A stretch of 63,938 nt of DNA, filler included, from an uncultured Methanosarcinales archaeon (lineage in GTDB: Archaea > Nanobdellota > Nanobdellia > Woesearchaeales > CAYSVS01): assembly GCA_964434475.1 (NCBI GenBank). It is 3 parts of 3 records of this genome, joined end to end, with 100 filler letters (N's around TTAATTAATTAA, not from the genome) between each part and the next. Parts side by side here need not be neighbours in the genome. Positions count along the whole stretch, not along the records: positions 1 to 26,509 come from CAYSVS010000015.1; positions 26,610 to 51,337 come from CAYSVS010000016.1; 1 more part is not named here. One strand, given 5' to 3'. Of the stretch, positions 19,730 to 30,481 are shown one piece after another; position 1 is the stretch's first letter, and each line of letters begins with the position of its first letter. The notes beneath the pieces were generated by a model. That model was not told where the DNA came from and did not search any database. It was given only the letters and a program-made list of their open reading frames with translations. The translations under genes and the position numbers were made by a program.

Positions 19730-20794
19730 TCATAATTGATCCATCAACTCCCTCTCTGTTTTTAAATCTTCATCAAGCTTATCTACGAATGCATCTCTTA
19801 CACGCAGATTATCCTGCTTCTCCCTATCTATAGTATCTATACTTTCCTGAATTCCCATGTTCTCTTTCACTATTTTATCATTGTCAGCAAGTATTTTATC
19901 TAATTCAGGAATATCAACCTTATGTTCCACAGCAGTTTCCAAAATTTTTTCTTTATGTTTCAAATCCTCAATAGAACCCATCTTATCAAGCATTTTAGGA
20001 TCAAATTGTAATATGCTAGTTAAAATTCCTTTATTCAGTTCTTTCAAGAAACGATCAGGATCATCTATCACCCAATCTTCCCCTCTTTTATTGATTAATT
20101 TTTTTTCTTGATCATTCAGTTTATCACACTGCTCCTGAGATAATATCAACTTCTTAATATCTTCGCCTGATTCCTTAATTTTTTCTGCTAATTCTGCAAA
20201 TAAATTGCTTTTTTTCAAAAGTTCAGGGCTTTCATTTATAATCTTATCAAAATTACGCATCAATTCATTCTGTTTTACCATAATTTGCTTTTCTCTCTGT
20301 TTTTCTACATTGCTTATGTGTTCAATATTGGATTTTACCAATTCATCCCTTTTCTCAATCAATCTCTTTAATGTATTTACCCTTCTTCGGTATATCTTAT
20401 CAGGCAAAGCCTTTTTTTTTATACTTTGTTCAATAAGCAATATCGCATGATTCAACCTTATCAATTTTTCCTCTATCTTTTTCTCTTTTTCAATATCTCT
20501 ATCAAGTTTTTTTACATGCTTCTGTTCATCATATACATCTTTTTTTATCTTATTAGAACTTTTCCTTGAAACGCTTTTATTTTGAGGTTTTGATGAATGC
20601 TTAAAATCTTTTTTTCCACTCTCTAATTTATTATCCTCAGCTTTCTTTTTACCTTTGTGGTTCACTATAGCAAATATCATGATAAACATAAATATAAGGA
20701 GAAGTATAAGCTCTGGCTCTTTTCCTTGAGCAGATACACTAAATGACATCAAAACCAACATAAACAAATAAATCCACACTCTTTTTTTAATCAT
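19730..20794 (-). CDS. Membrane-anchored coiled-coil hypothetical protein
   Basis: Signal-like segment ending SVSA, a second TM helix, then a long K/E-rich helical region. Confidence 0.75.
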   Translation of the reverse strand: MIKKRVWIYLFMLVLMSFSVSAQGKEPELILLLIFMFIMIFAIVNHKGKKKAEDNKLESGKKDFKHSSKPQNKSVSRKSSNKIKKDVYDEQKHVKKLDRDIEKEKKIEEKLIRLNHAILLIEQSIKKKALPDKIYRRRVNTLKRLIEKRDELVKSNIEHISNVEKQREKQIMVKQNELMRNFDKIINESPELLKKSNLFAELAEKIKESGEDIKKLILSQEQCDKLNDQEKKLINKRGEDWVIDDPDRFLKELNKGILTSILQFDPKMLDKMGSIEDLKHKEKILETAVEHKVDIPELDKILADNDKIVKENMGIQESIDTIDREKQDNLRVRDAFVDKLDEDLKTERELMDQL

Positions 20795-20945
20795 CTATAG
20801 ATTATTTATTTTTAAATATAAAAACCTTTCTTTAATAAAAAAGGATTTTATTGTCACACATATATCTACTTTAGTATGTATTTTCTTTTAAATATACTAC
20901 ACCTAGTAGTATTGTATTGACATTTAATACTGAGGTGAAATTATA

Positions 20946-22772
20946 ATGGCTAAAAAAAGCAAAAAACAGGAAATGAGTGAAGAAGAAAAGAAGATGCTTG
21001 AGAAACTGCCAAAAGATGCTCAAGATAAATTAAAAGATATTAAAGACAAACTTGACAAATATCAAAAAGAATTATTAAATAAATTTGACAAATATGTTGA
21101 AGGATTAGCATTGATGCCTCCTGAAAAGAAAGAAGGAGAAGAAAATAAAGAAACAGACAAGATCAATGTACTCATTCTGATTGATGATTCTGACAGCCAA
21201 AAGATGTCTAAAGCAGAATTAAAGGAAAAATTAGAAGCTATCATGATTAAGATGGCAAAAGATATTGATGAAAGATTAACTCCACAAATAATAATACTAT
21301 CAGAATTATGGCAAAGCTGCTATGACGGAAAAACAGAATTACTACAGATGATTGCTTTAAGTGCTCCAGTTCATGATTCGGGCATGCTTGCAGCTATCAA
21401 GATTGCAGAGATTCATAAGACAATGGTCCTTAAGAAATTTGAGAAATACATAGTAAGCTATGTCCTATCAGGATCATTAATAAGAGGACAAGCAACAACA
21501 ACATCAGATATTGATGTATTTGTTGTTATAGACGACACAGATGTCAAGAAGATGACAAGAGCTGAACTCAAGGATAAACTAAGAGCAATAATAATTGGCA
21601 TGGGAATAGAAGCTGGAGAGATGACAGGCATAAAAAACAAACTTAACATCCAGGTATATATCCTTACAGATTTTTGGGACAGTCTAAAAGAAGCTAACCC
21701 TATAATTTTCACGTTATTAAGGGATGGAGTTCCGTTCTACGACAGAGGAATATTTATGCCTTGGAAACAGCTGCTTAAGATGGGCAAAATCAAACCAAGC
21801 CAGGAAGCTATAGATATGTTCATGAGTTCTGGAGAACAGATGCTTAAAAGAGTACACCATAAGATAAAAGATATAGGCATGGAAGACATATTCTATGCTA
21901 TCTTAACCCCTTCTCAATCAGCATTGATGCTTTTTGGAGTAGCACCTCCAACACCAAGAGAAACTGCAAAGTTGATGAAAGATATTTTTGTCAAGAAAGA
22001 GAAACTGCTTGAAGAAAAGTATGTGAAGATGCTTGAAAATGTAATCAAGACAAGAAAAGATCTTGAACATGGTACAAAAAAAGAGATAACAGGTAAAGAG
22101 ATAGACAATATGCTTAATAACGCAGAAAAATATCTCAAAAGAGTCAAAAGATTATTCACACAGATAGAGAAAATAAAAGAAGAAGAAGGGATGCTTCATA
22201 TATATGAATCCACAGTTACAGTTATAAGAGATGTACTTAAGCTTGAAGGCATTGAAAAAGTAAGCGACAGCGATATAATAGAGAAATTCAAGAAAGAGAT
22301 GGTCTTGCTGGGAAAGATACCTGAAAAATATCTAAGGATTCTTAAAGACATAGTGAAAGCAAAAAAAGACTATGATAACAAGAAATTAACAAGACAAGAA
22401 GTTGAACAAGTGAGAAAAGAATCTGCAGATTTCATCAAATTTGTAGTAGAATACATGCAGAGAAAACGTGGAAAAGAAATTGACAGGGCCAAGATAAGAA
22501 TTAAATACGGAAACAACAAATTCGGAGAGGTTATCCTGCTTGATAAAAACGCTTTCATAATACACGACATAGATGCAGAAGACAAGAAGATCAGTAAAGG
22601 AAAGGTTGAAAAGGATGGAAACATAGATGTTGTTAAAGAAGCGAATCTAGAAGAATTTGAGGAAGCGTTGGCAAAAACAGATATTCCGCCAAAAGTTTTC
22701 ATCAAAGAGAAAACATTTGAAAGGCTTAAATCAATCTTTGGAGCTGATGTAGAAATTCTTGTAAACTATTAA
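20946..22772 (+). CDS. Nucleotidyltransferase (MNT)-HEPN multidomain protein
   Basis: GSLIRG...SDIDV MNT motif preceded by a degenerate copy of the domain; HEPN-like helix with RKDLEH (Rx4H). Confidence 0.75.
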   Translation: MAKKSKKQEMSEEEKKMLEKLPKDAQDKLKDIKDKLDKYQKELLNKFDKYVEGLALMPPEKKEGEENKETDKINVLILIDDSDSQKMSKAELKEKLEAIMIKMAKDIDERLTPQIIILSELWQSCYDGKTELLQMIALSAPVHDSGMLAAIKIAEIHKTMVLKKFEKYIVSYVLSGSLIRGQATTTSDIDVFVVIDDTDVKKMTRAELKDKLRAIIIGMGIEAGEMTGIKNKLNIQVYILTDFWDSLKEANPIIFTLLRDGVPFYDRGIFMPWKQLLKMGKIKPSQEAIDMFMSSGEQMLKRVHHKIKDIGMEDIFYAILTPSQSALMLFGVAPPTPRETAKLMKDIFVKKEKLLEEKYVKMLENVIKTRKDLEHGTKKEITGKEIDNMLNNAEKYLKRVKRLFTQIEKIKEEEGMLHIYESTVTVIRDVLKLEGIEKVSDSDIIEKFKKEMVLLGKIPEKYLRILKDIVKAKKDYDNKKLTRQEVEQVRKESADFIKFVVEYMQRKRGKEIDRAKIRIKYGNNKFGEVILLDKNAFIIHDIDAEDKKISKGKVEKDGNIDVVKEANLEEFEEALAKTDIPPKVFIKEKTFERLKSIFGADVEILVNY

Positions 22773-23147
22773 TTTTTTTTATTATATTTTTTTTAATATT
22801 CTAGCTCTTTTTTTGAAGAATTATATATCTTTGATTGTATCGTATATAATTAGGATTATTATCTATCTCTCCTAGAAGGAATAATAGCTCAGGGATTATT
22901 TTATCCATATCAAATCAGGATTAGGTTATATCTACTCATTTATTATCTATCCAATTCCAAAAATGTGGAGTTCCATCTTTAACTCTTGGTTTCAGAATTT
23001 TACCGACAAAATAATCATTAAACACTAAAGCAATAACATAACATTGGTCATAAACAAGATAATATTTAAATGTTGAAATTCACTATTTTTTCTACAAAAC
23101 CTTTATTATAAGAACATTTATAAACTAACGTTTTTTCTTAATATATA

Positions 23148-23510
23148 ATGGGATATAAGAAACATCATAAAAAAAAGAAAGAAAATTTAACACCAGAAGA
23201 AAGAAAAGCACAAGAGATAAGAAGAATCAAGCTTCCTAGACCTCCTGAAACATTTGGTATAGTTGAACAAAGGCTGGGTGGAAGCAGGATGTATGTAAGA
23301 TGTCTTGATGGAAAAACAAGGATCTGCAGAATACCGGGAAGATTAAAAAGAAGATTATGGGTTAGAGAAGGAGATTTTGTAATCATCGAGCCTTGGGAAT
23401 TAGGCGGAGATGAAAAAGGAGACATAATATTCAAATATAGGCCTTCTCAAGTACAATACCTAAAGAAAAAAGGCTATCTTAAACAATTGGATGAATTTGA
23501 AGAATTCTAA
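23148..23510 (+). CDS. eif1a: Translation initiation factor aIF-1A
   Basis: [34 protein letters not shown]. Confidence 0.97.
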   Translation: MGYKKHHKKKKENLTPEERKAQEIRRIKLPRPPETFGIVEQRLGGSRMYVRCLDGKTRICRIPGRLKRRLWVREGDFVIIEPWELGGDEKGDIIFKYRPSQVQYLKKKGYLKQLDEFEEF

Positions 23511-23613
23511 TTACCACTAAAGAATAGAAATATTTATATATTATATTTTAATCTTTTTTATAAATCAAAAAATTTGATAACTCAAATTTTTAATTTGTAA
23601 ATATAAAAATTTA

Positions 23614-23670
23614 GACTTACAAACTATAAACAGTTGCAAAGCAACAGGGTATAAAACCCAGTTTATAACC
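23614..23670 (-). repeat. Dispersed ~55-bp three-way-junction repeat, family R2 copy 1
   Basis: Aligns with 42696-42750. On the minus strand: outer stem TTATAAACT/AGTTTGTAA, inner hairpins GGGT-TTTAT-ACCC and GTTGC-TTT-GCAAC. Confidence 0.75.
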
Positions 23671-23689
23671 AATTTATGGAGGGGTATTA

Positions 23690-24280
23690 ATGGCAAAAAA
23701 AAGTTTGCTTACATTTTTAGGGATCATTTTAGCGATAATATTTGTCAAGCTTATAGACTTGACTTTCTGGCTTAAAGGCAGAGCACTAAAATTACAACTC
23801 GTTGCATTAGCCATATTATTGATCATAGGTTTAGTAGTATGGTTAAATGCAGTATTAGGCAAGGAATACAGAGCATTATCTACAATATTATTCTCGCTAA
23901 TGGGAATAGATTGTATGTTCTTGTATGTCATGTTCAACAACAATTTCACATACTTTACTTTACCTATAGCAGGTGTAGCGATAGGATTGATCATAAGCAT
24001 ATTCACTGAACAAAAAACAGCTAGATCAGAAGAGGTTTATGAACTCGACCCAGAAACACCAGAAACAAAAGTTTTGCTTGAAGAATACACACCAGATAAA
24101 AAAGAAACAACCAAAACATATTCCCCAGGCAAGTTTGTAGCCAGCAAATATGGAAAAACATACCATATTCCTAAATGTGCATGGGCTAAAAAGATAAAGA
24201 AAAAGAGCCAGGTATGGCTTAAGGATGAAGAAGAAGCAATAAAAAAAGGCTACAAAAAGCACAGCTGCGTAAAGAAATAG
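23690..24280 (+). CDS. Membrane protein (4 TM) with C-terminal Ada-metal-binding-like domain
   Basis: FVASKYGKTYHIPKCAWAKKI...EAIKKGYKKHSC. Confidence 0.7.
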   Translation: MAKKSLLTFLGIILAIIFVKLIDLTFWLKGRALKLQLVALAILLIIGLVVWLNAVLGKEYRALSTILFSLMGIDCMFLYVMFNNNFTYFTLPIAGVAIGLIISIFTEQKTARSEEVYELDPETPETKVLLEEYTPDKKETTKTYSPGKFVASKYGKTYHIPKCAWAKKIKKKSQVWLKDEEEAIKKGYKKHSCVKK

Positions 24281-24747
24281 GTTATTTATTTTTTTACTTT
24301 TTATTATAAAAATAACAAAGAAGAAAGAAATAAACCTCTAAAATATCTTAAAGAAAAACTCGAATATAATATTAAATCCGAATAATCTATTTCTCAAAAA
24401 GATATGTGAAAAATACAAAAAAATCACCTTATTAAATAATTTAGAGATAGACATTAAAGAATTACTAAAAAATAAGAAATAGTGACAAAAAAAGATTAGA
24501 AAAATAAATCTAATCAAAAGTGTTGAAAACTTAGAAAAACAGCTTGATAATGCAAAAGAAGACCATAATAATTATATTGAAATTTAAGATAAAACACTAA
24601 AAGAAGAAATATGAGCACAGAATATAATAATGACTAAAGACTATCATCATCTTTTCTCAAGAGGGCATCCACATCATAAGTATTAAATTATAAAAAAAAC
24701 TAGAAGATAAGATAAATACTTTAAAGAACAGATATAATTAATCACTT

Positions 24748-25188
24748 CTACTTTTCTTCTGTCCATAAATAATAAACCAAAAAACAAACACCAACAACTA
24801 AAGCACCATCTGCAAGATTAAACACAGGCCATATCCTAAAATCAAGATAATCTATAACATAACCAAAACTTAATCTGTCAAAAAGATTGCCCAATGTACC
24901 TCCTATTATCAATGCTATCGCAGTTTGTACATACATCTTATCAGGAATCTTTCTGTAATAATATGCTATAGCGAACAACACCAAAAAAGAGATAATTATG
25001 ATAAATAAAGTCTGATTCTGCAATAATCCGAATCCAACACCATAATTCTTTACATATGTAATATGAAAAATATTTGCAATAACTTTTATGCTTTCAACTC
25101 TTTTCACGATATAATTCTTAATTATTCTATCAATCAGAAATACAGCAATAGAAACCAGAAAAATAAGATAACCTTTACTCTTTAACAT
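24748..25188 (-). CDS. lspA: Signal peptidase II (lipoprotein signal peptidase)
   Basis: KNYGVGFG, GNLFDR, GYVIDYL, PVFNLAD catalytic Asp motifs. Start placed at MLKSKG. Confidence 0.92.
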   Translation of the reverse strand: MLKSKGYLIFLVSIAVFLIDRIIKNYIVKRVESIKVIANIFHITYVKNYGVGFGLLQNQTLFIIIISFLVLFAIAYYYRKIPDKMYVQTAIALIIGGTLGNLFDRLSFGYVIDYLDFRIWPVFNLADGALVVGVCFLVYYLWTEEK

Positions 25189-25195
25189 CTTGTAT

Positions 25196-25627
25196 TTACC
25201 ATCTTGTTTCTTTTGTAACTGATTTTTCAATAGAATTTAGCCTATGGTTTATAGCTTCCATACTTGCACGTAATGCATCTATCTTTGCAGATATTATCTC
25301 CAGTTCTTTTCCCACATTCTGCTGCGCATATTGTGGAGACTGCTGAGGTTGAGATTGAGGCTGCTGAGAATATCTTGGTTGTTGTTGTTGTTGTTGAAAG
25401 TATTGCTGCGGTTGTGGCTGTTCTGTCTGTGCAGACGGGTCAAAACTCCTTTCTGGCTTAGGCTCTCCCCCTAAAGGCTCTTCAAAAGCTTTTGGTCTTG
25501 CACTTTGATTCTCTTGACCAGGAAAATCTAAACCTAATTCTCTGTCTTTCCCTAAACCAAGATCCTTATCCAGATCAAGATCTGAAAATTCATCATCTTT
25601 TTTCCAAAATTTCAACTTATCAAGCAT
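25196..25627 (-). CDS. Hypothetical protein with amphipathic N-terminus, Q/P-rich linker and coiled-coil C-terminus
   Basis: MLDKLKFWKK...QQQQQQP...ELEIISAKIDALRASMEAINHRL. Confidence 0.75.
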   Translation of the reverse strand: MLDKLKFWKKDDEFSDLDLDKDLGLGKDRELGLDFPGQENQSARPKAFEEPLGGEPKPERSFDPSAQTEQPQPQQYFQQQQQQPRYSQQPQSQPQQSPQYAQQNVGKELEIISAKIDALRASMEAINHRLNSIEKSVTKETRW

Positions 25628-26390
25628 TCCCAACTTCAACACCCGATTCCTGTAAAGTTACTATCTTTTCAACCAAACTTATAGGAATTGTCTTAGCAAG
25701 CTTGAAAACAACAGTTTCAGGATAAACCATTATATTTTTACCTTTCAATTCACTTAAAAGAACAACAGGCCCTTCATCACTTATTTTTTCACTGAAAAGA
25801 GCTGCAAACAGCAAACCTTTTGTTTCGATATCTGATTTGAAATTTTCTCTCATATCTTCTCTAAGGCTTTCTGAATCTGTAGGCAGTTCACGCTTAGCTA
25901 TTATAAGATCCATAATATCTTCAACAGCATTATCTGAAGACAAGATTTCATTTATATCCTCTTTTGTAAACACCACATCATTCATCTCAACACCTTGGTC
26001 AATATCATCAAACAAGGATTTTTTTATTATAAAAACCTTATAGAACTTATCTGACTGTATTGATTGCAGATCATTCTTCTGATATAGATTATTGTACTGT
26101 TCAAGTTCCTGTTCTGTCAAAAAAGCAGGTGTCTGCTTCTCTCCCATGACACCATAAAACCCTGAAATAATATTGTCATTTGATTCAAGCAGAAACAGCT
26201 TATCTGAATCTGCAAAATTCTCCTTAAGATCATTCGCATCCATATAAACAAACAAACCAAAAATAAGCATAGCAAAAGTAAGTAAACTAAATATAGCCAT
26301 GATAGCTTTGAACAAAGTGCCGACCATCTTGATTATTATGACAGCAGCGATTATAAAAAAAACAATTCCTATGATAAATGATATATCCAT
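25620..26390 (-). CDS. Hypothetical membrane protein (2 N-terminal TM)
   Basis: GAGGTG RBS before MDISF; overlaps the next gene. Confidence 0.75.
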   Translation of the reverse strand: MDISFIIGIVFFIIAAVIIIKMVGTLFKAIMAIFSLLTFAMLIFGLFVYMDANDLKENFADSDKLFLLESNDNIISGFYGVMGEKQTPAFLTEQELEQYNNLYQKNDLQSIQSDKFYKVFIIKKSLFDDIDQGVEMNDVVFTKEDINEILSSDNAVEDIMDLIIAKRELPTDSESLREDMRENFKSDIETKGLLFAALFSEKISDEGPVVLLSELKGKNIMVYPETVVFKLAKTIPISLVEKIVTLQESGVEVGNA

Positions 26391-26509
26391 ATATTTCACC
26401 TCTTTCCACATATCTTATAAAATATAGTATTTAAATGTTTCTCAAAGGATCATCTATTGTACGATTTGAAAATTCTTGCAATTTCTATATTTATTAATTT
26501 TGCAATATT

Positions 26510-26609
26510 NNNNNNNNNNNNNNNNNNNNNNNNNNNNNNNNNNNNNNNNNNNNTTAATTAATTAANNNNNNNNNNNNNNNNNNNNNNNNNNNNNNNNNNN
26601 NNNNNNNNN
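26510..26609. other. Artificial contig linker N44-TTAATTAATTAA-N44
   Basis: Six-frame stop cassette in N padding; identical at 51338-51437. Confidence 0.97.
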
Positions 26610-28912
26610 AACCTTGTATTATTTAATATAGGCCTTCCTTTCCAGCATCCTGCGTATGAACCGCCTTCAAAGCTTTCATTGATGTCATCGCCGCAGCAAT
26701 GATTCTCAACTTCGCCTGAATTCTCGCTTGATTTTGTTGTCCACCAATAACCTGGTGTTTCCATGCAGGCTAAACTATCCTCATCAAGATTATCTTCCCA
26801 TTTGAAATCAGAAGTACAATATTTATTATTATTATCGTCTGAATTGCTCAAATATACCCTATCAACAAAAAATACATTGTATCTAGGATCGCCCTTGTAG
26901 TCTACCCTTTCATTATCATTAGGGTTAAAAAAGTCTTTTCTTAAAAAGAATCCCATATCCTGCACATCATCCAACCCAATATTTCCTAGATCAGATAAAG
27001 GTATTCTAATCCTGTGCCATTTCATAGGCTGCTCACCATTTACAGAATATTTAATAACATGAGAGATATATTTAGTGCTTTGTTTGCCTTTGACAAACAA
27101 GCCTATGTTTGAGTTGCCTGCAAAAGCAAGGAATAATTCAAGATAATCATAATCTCTCCAATCATTTACCATAGTCTCTTGGTTCAATGCTTTAAACAAT
27201 GCATCCGATCCCTCAACAAACTTATATTCCCTTAATTTTGTATTCAATGCTGTCTGGTCCAATATAGAAACAACATTATGATCGCTAGGATACCTCATAC
27301 CGCCTGCATAAAAATTCATATCTGTTATCAATGCAGCTGGTTCTCCTTGCCTTCTTACTCTATCCTTAGCATTCAAATTTTCTCTGCAAGTGTTCATATC
27401 AGAAGAATCATAAGCGCAGCAATCCAAAAAAATGGATCTATCGCCATCATCAAAGCACAAGAAAGCACTTGCTGTTTTTGAAGGCAGGTTAGAAGTATCA
27501 AAAGTAGCGAAGAACAGATCAGACATATCTTGTTCTATTTCGACTTGCTTTTCATACTCCTCGTTTTCCTCAGGGGCTTCATTGGTTATCTCGTTTACAG
27601 TTACTTTTTCAAAGCAATCAGATGATGAACTTGTAACTATATTGGGTTTTATATCTTGTTCTGAAGTAGATAGTGATCCTTGAACAATCCAGTCTCCTGT
27701 CTCTGTACCTTCTTCTTCAGCAACTGCATCTATAGTTTGCATATTTTCAAGAACACTTCCTGTCAATCCTGCAATAGGCAAAGATTCTCCTGTCTGTTTG
27801 CAAGTATGCCAAGTATAATAATCAGAAACAATATCTCTATCTTGTGTAGCTGTTTTTACATTAAATATCTTAAATTTATTAGCAGAAGCTTTTTTCCATT
27901 CCCAATCATTATCATCTTCTTTCACATATGTATCAACAACTGCATCAAAATTTGAATCAGGCAGCAAGCAAGCTTTATCGCTTCCTTCTGGTTGATTAGA
28001 ATCAGCTTCTTGATAATACCCTAGATCTGATTGAAAATCATCTCCGCAGCATCTGTTGCTTGTAGAATCTGAATTCCATACATCGATTATTACTTCAGTT
28101 ATACGCGAAACATCATCTTCCTGTGATTCTTCTGGTTTAACGCTTCCTGCGCATTTATAACTTCCTGATTCTGAGGTTCCGCCTGTTGCTGAAGCTGGTA
28201 ATACACATGTTATTGAGCCGATGTTAGCTGCTTTGCTATTTAGGTTTTCTTTGCATGTGTATATGTACCAGTAATCATTACATCTATAACAAGAACCTCC
28301 TGCTTCATAAAGACTAGGATCTGATTGGATATTATAACATTCATTCTCACTTACTTTTTGCGGATTTTTACAAGCCTTACATTGGTCATCCTGTAATTCA
28401 CATACAACATTATCATTATCGATCGTAGTAGGGGAATATATTTGAGTTGTTGAGAAAGCACAAGCAGAATATTGCGCTGCTAAATTTGTCATCACCTGTT
28501 TTTCATACTGCCAAATGTACTCCTTATCTATGCTTATCTGCGTACAACTAGGATATGGATCGCCAGGTATTGGTGGTATAGGTACTCCATGTGCTTCTAT
28601 ATCTTGTTGTCCTTGATTTCTCAAAAGTTCAGGAGGTGTTGAAACAGAGAATAAATAATCTCCGTCTTCGTAACATTCTGGTTTTAATGTATTTCCATCA
28701 TAACAGCTCAAATCGCAAGATTCTGAATTCATACTGTTACCCAAGTTAACAGATTGTCTCAATAAACCTTGTTCTTTAACAACTTCTGGATCTTCATGCT
28801 TTATAGTGCATACCATTTTATCACCAAAAACACTCAAAGAATTTGCTATTAATAAGAATATAATTAGATAAGATATAACAAAACCTCTATTTTTATAAAA
28901 TACTATACCCAT
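26610..28912 (-). CDS. Large secreted Cys-rich protein (3'-truncated at contig end)
   Basis: KNRG-FVISYLIIFLLI class-III-like signal, repeated CCGDD motifs and a CBM-like segment (WHRIRIPLSDL). Confidence 0.75.
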
Positions 28913-28972
28913 TAATAAACCCCTTTTTTAATAAAAATATATTTAAATAATATATAAACTTTATGTTTTAAA

Positions 28973-29980
28973 ATGTTAATATATTATGGTATTACAATTA
29001 TCTTGCTTGGCATTATAACAAGCTATGAGGATATTAAAAAAAACAAGATAAGGAATAAGATAGTCTTAAGTGCAATAACTATAGGAATAATTCTTAATTC
29101 AATTTCATACTATCAAAAGGCTATAGGAACACAATATCTATATGAACTTATAACAAACGTCCTCATTACAATAATTGCCGCTTTTGCAATATGGAATTTT
29201 GGATTGTGGAGTGCAGGAGATGGCAAACTGTTCATAGCTTATTCTGTGCTTATTCCTTTATCTTTTTTCAGGATAGGTTATCAAAAATATTTTCCATCTA
29301 TAACCTTGTTGATAAACACATATATCCCTCTACTAATAATAATGTTGATATATGTAATAGTCAAAGCAAAAAAAAAGGACAGGAAAAAGCGGTTTAAAGA
29401 ATTTATCAAAGGTTTTTTTGACATGAAAAAAACAATCCTATCAATAATCTATCTATTGGCTTTTTTATGGATAATAAGTCTGGCATTGATAAAGATAGGG
29501 GTAGATAACTATATGTTGATGTTATTCTTAACAATACTTATCTACTACATTATCCAAAGAAAGTTAGGAAAAAAAACACTATATATTGCAATAATCATAA
29601 TGATTATCAGGCTAGCGACAGATAAATCGATATACTCAATAAACTTCCTTAAAGAATTGCTGATGTTGTTTATAGTATGGAAATTGTTATATAGTTTTCT
29701 TCAGGGTGCTTTGTACAAACTTGCTCATGACGTTTTTAGCTACAAGATCAGCACAAGCAAACTTAAACCAGGAATGATATTAAGTGATGACATTAATTTA
29801 GATATAGACGAAGAAGCAGAAGGTTTGACAAGAAAACAGATAGAAACAATAAAAAGATCAAATATAGAAGAGGTTAAGATAAGCCAAACAATGCCTTTTG
29901 CAGTTTTCATGTTTTTAGGAACAATCATAACGATGATTGTGGAAGGCAATGTAATAATATATCTGATAAGGTTGATATGA
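28973..29980 (+). CDS. A24 family prepilin-type aspartic peptidase
   Basis: SYEDIKKNKIRN and WSAGDGKL catalytic Asp motifs; C-terminal MPFAVFMFLG; multi-TM. Confidence 0.88.
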   Translation: MLIYYGITIILLGIITSYEDIKKNKIRNKIVLSAITIGIILNSISYYQKAIGTQYLYELITNVLITIIAAFAIWNFGLWSAGDGKLFIAYSVLIPLSFFRIGYQKYFPSITLLINTYIPLLIIMLIYVIVKAKKKDRKKRFKEFIKGFFDMKKTILSIIYLLAFLWIISLALIKIGVDNYMLMLFLTILIYYIIQRKLGKKTLYIAIIIMIIRLATDKSIYSINFLKELLMLFIVWKLLYSFLQGALYKLAHDVFSYKISTSKLKPGMILSDDINLDIDEEAEGLTRKQIETIKRSNIEEVKISQTMPFAVFMFLGTIITMIVEGNVIIYLIRLI

Positions 29981-30283
29981 ATGGAATCAAAAACAATAAG
30001 ATTGAATAAAAACATATACTCTCTGGAAGTAATTTTCTCTGCTGCTTATGTTTTTCTTGAGAAAGCATACATAAAACTCGATGAAGAAAATGAAAACATA
30101 GTAGTGAACATAAGCCAAAAACAGGGTCAAGACATGCAAAATATAGAGAAAGAATTTTTGAATGAATTGATAAATTATTCAGATTATAAAAAAAGAGCAG
30201 AAAGATCAAGAAACATAAGGGAAATAATAATACAAAGAGCTATCTTGACAAATGAAACAGAGCAAAAGAAATATCAAAAATGA
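29981..30283 (+). CDS. hxsD: His-Xaa-Ser system HxsD-like protein
   Basis: IYSLEVIFSAAYVF...EFLNELINY...IREIIIQRA; immediately upstream of HxsB-like rSAM. Confidence 0.8.
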   Translation: MESKTIRLNKNIYSLEVIFSAAYVFLEKAYIKLDEENENIVVNISQKQGQDMQNIEKEFLNELINYSDYKKRAERSRNIREIIIQRAILTNETEQKKYQK

Positions 30284-30480
30284 TAATAAGATTGAATAAC
30301 AAGATATATTGTAGAAAGGCTATAAAACTAGCTTTGGAAGATTACAAAGATATATGTGCAGGAAAGATAATAGATGAAAGCTTTGAAGTAAAGCTATCGC
30401 CGAAACAAGAAACAAAATATTTAGAAAAAGAGTTCTGCAATTATATAATAGGTATTATGAAAAATGAGAAAATGATCTAA
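30280..30480 (+). CDS. Second, short HxsD-like protein
   Basis: IRLNNKIYCRKAI...EKEFCNY resembles the previous ORF (IRLNKNIYSLEVI...EKEFLNE); ATGA overlap. Confidence 0.7.
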   Translation: MIIRLNNKIYCRKAIKLALEDYKDICAGKIIDESFEVKLSPKQETKYLEKEFCNYIIGIMKNEKMI

Positions 30481-30481
30481 G

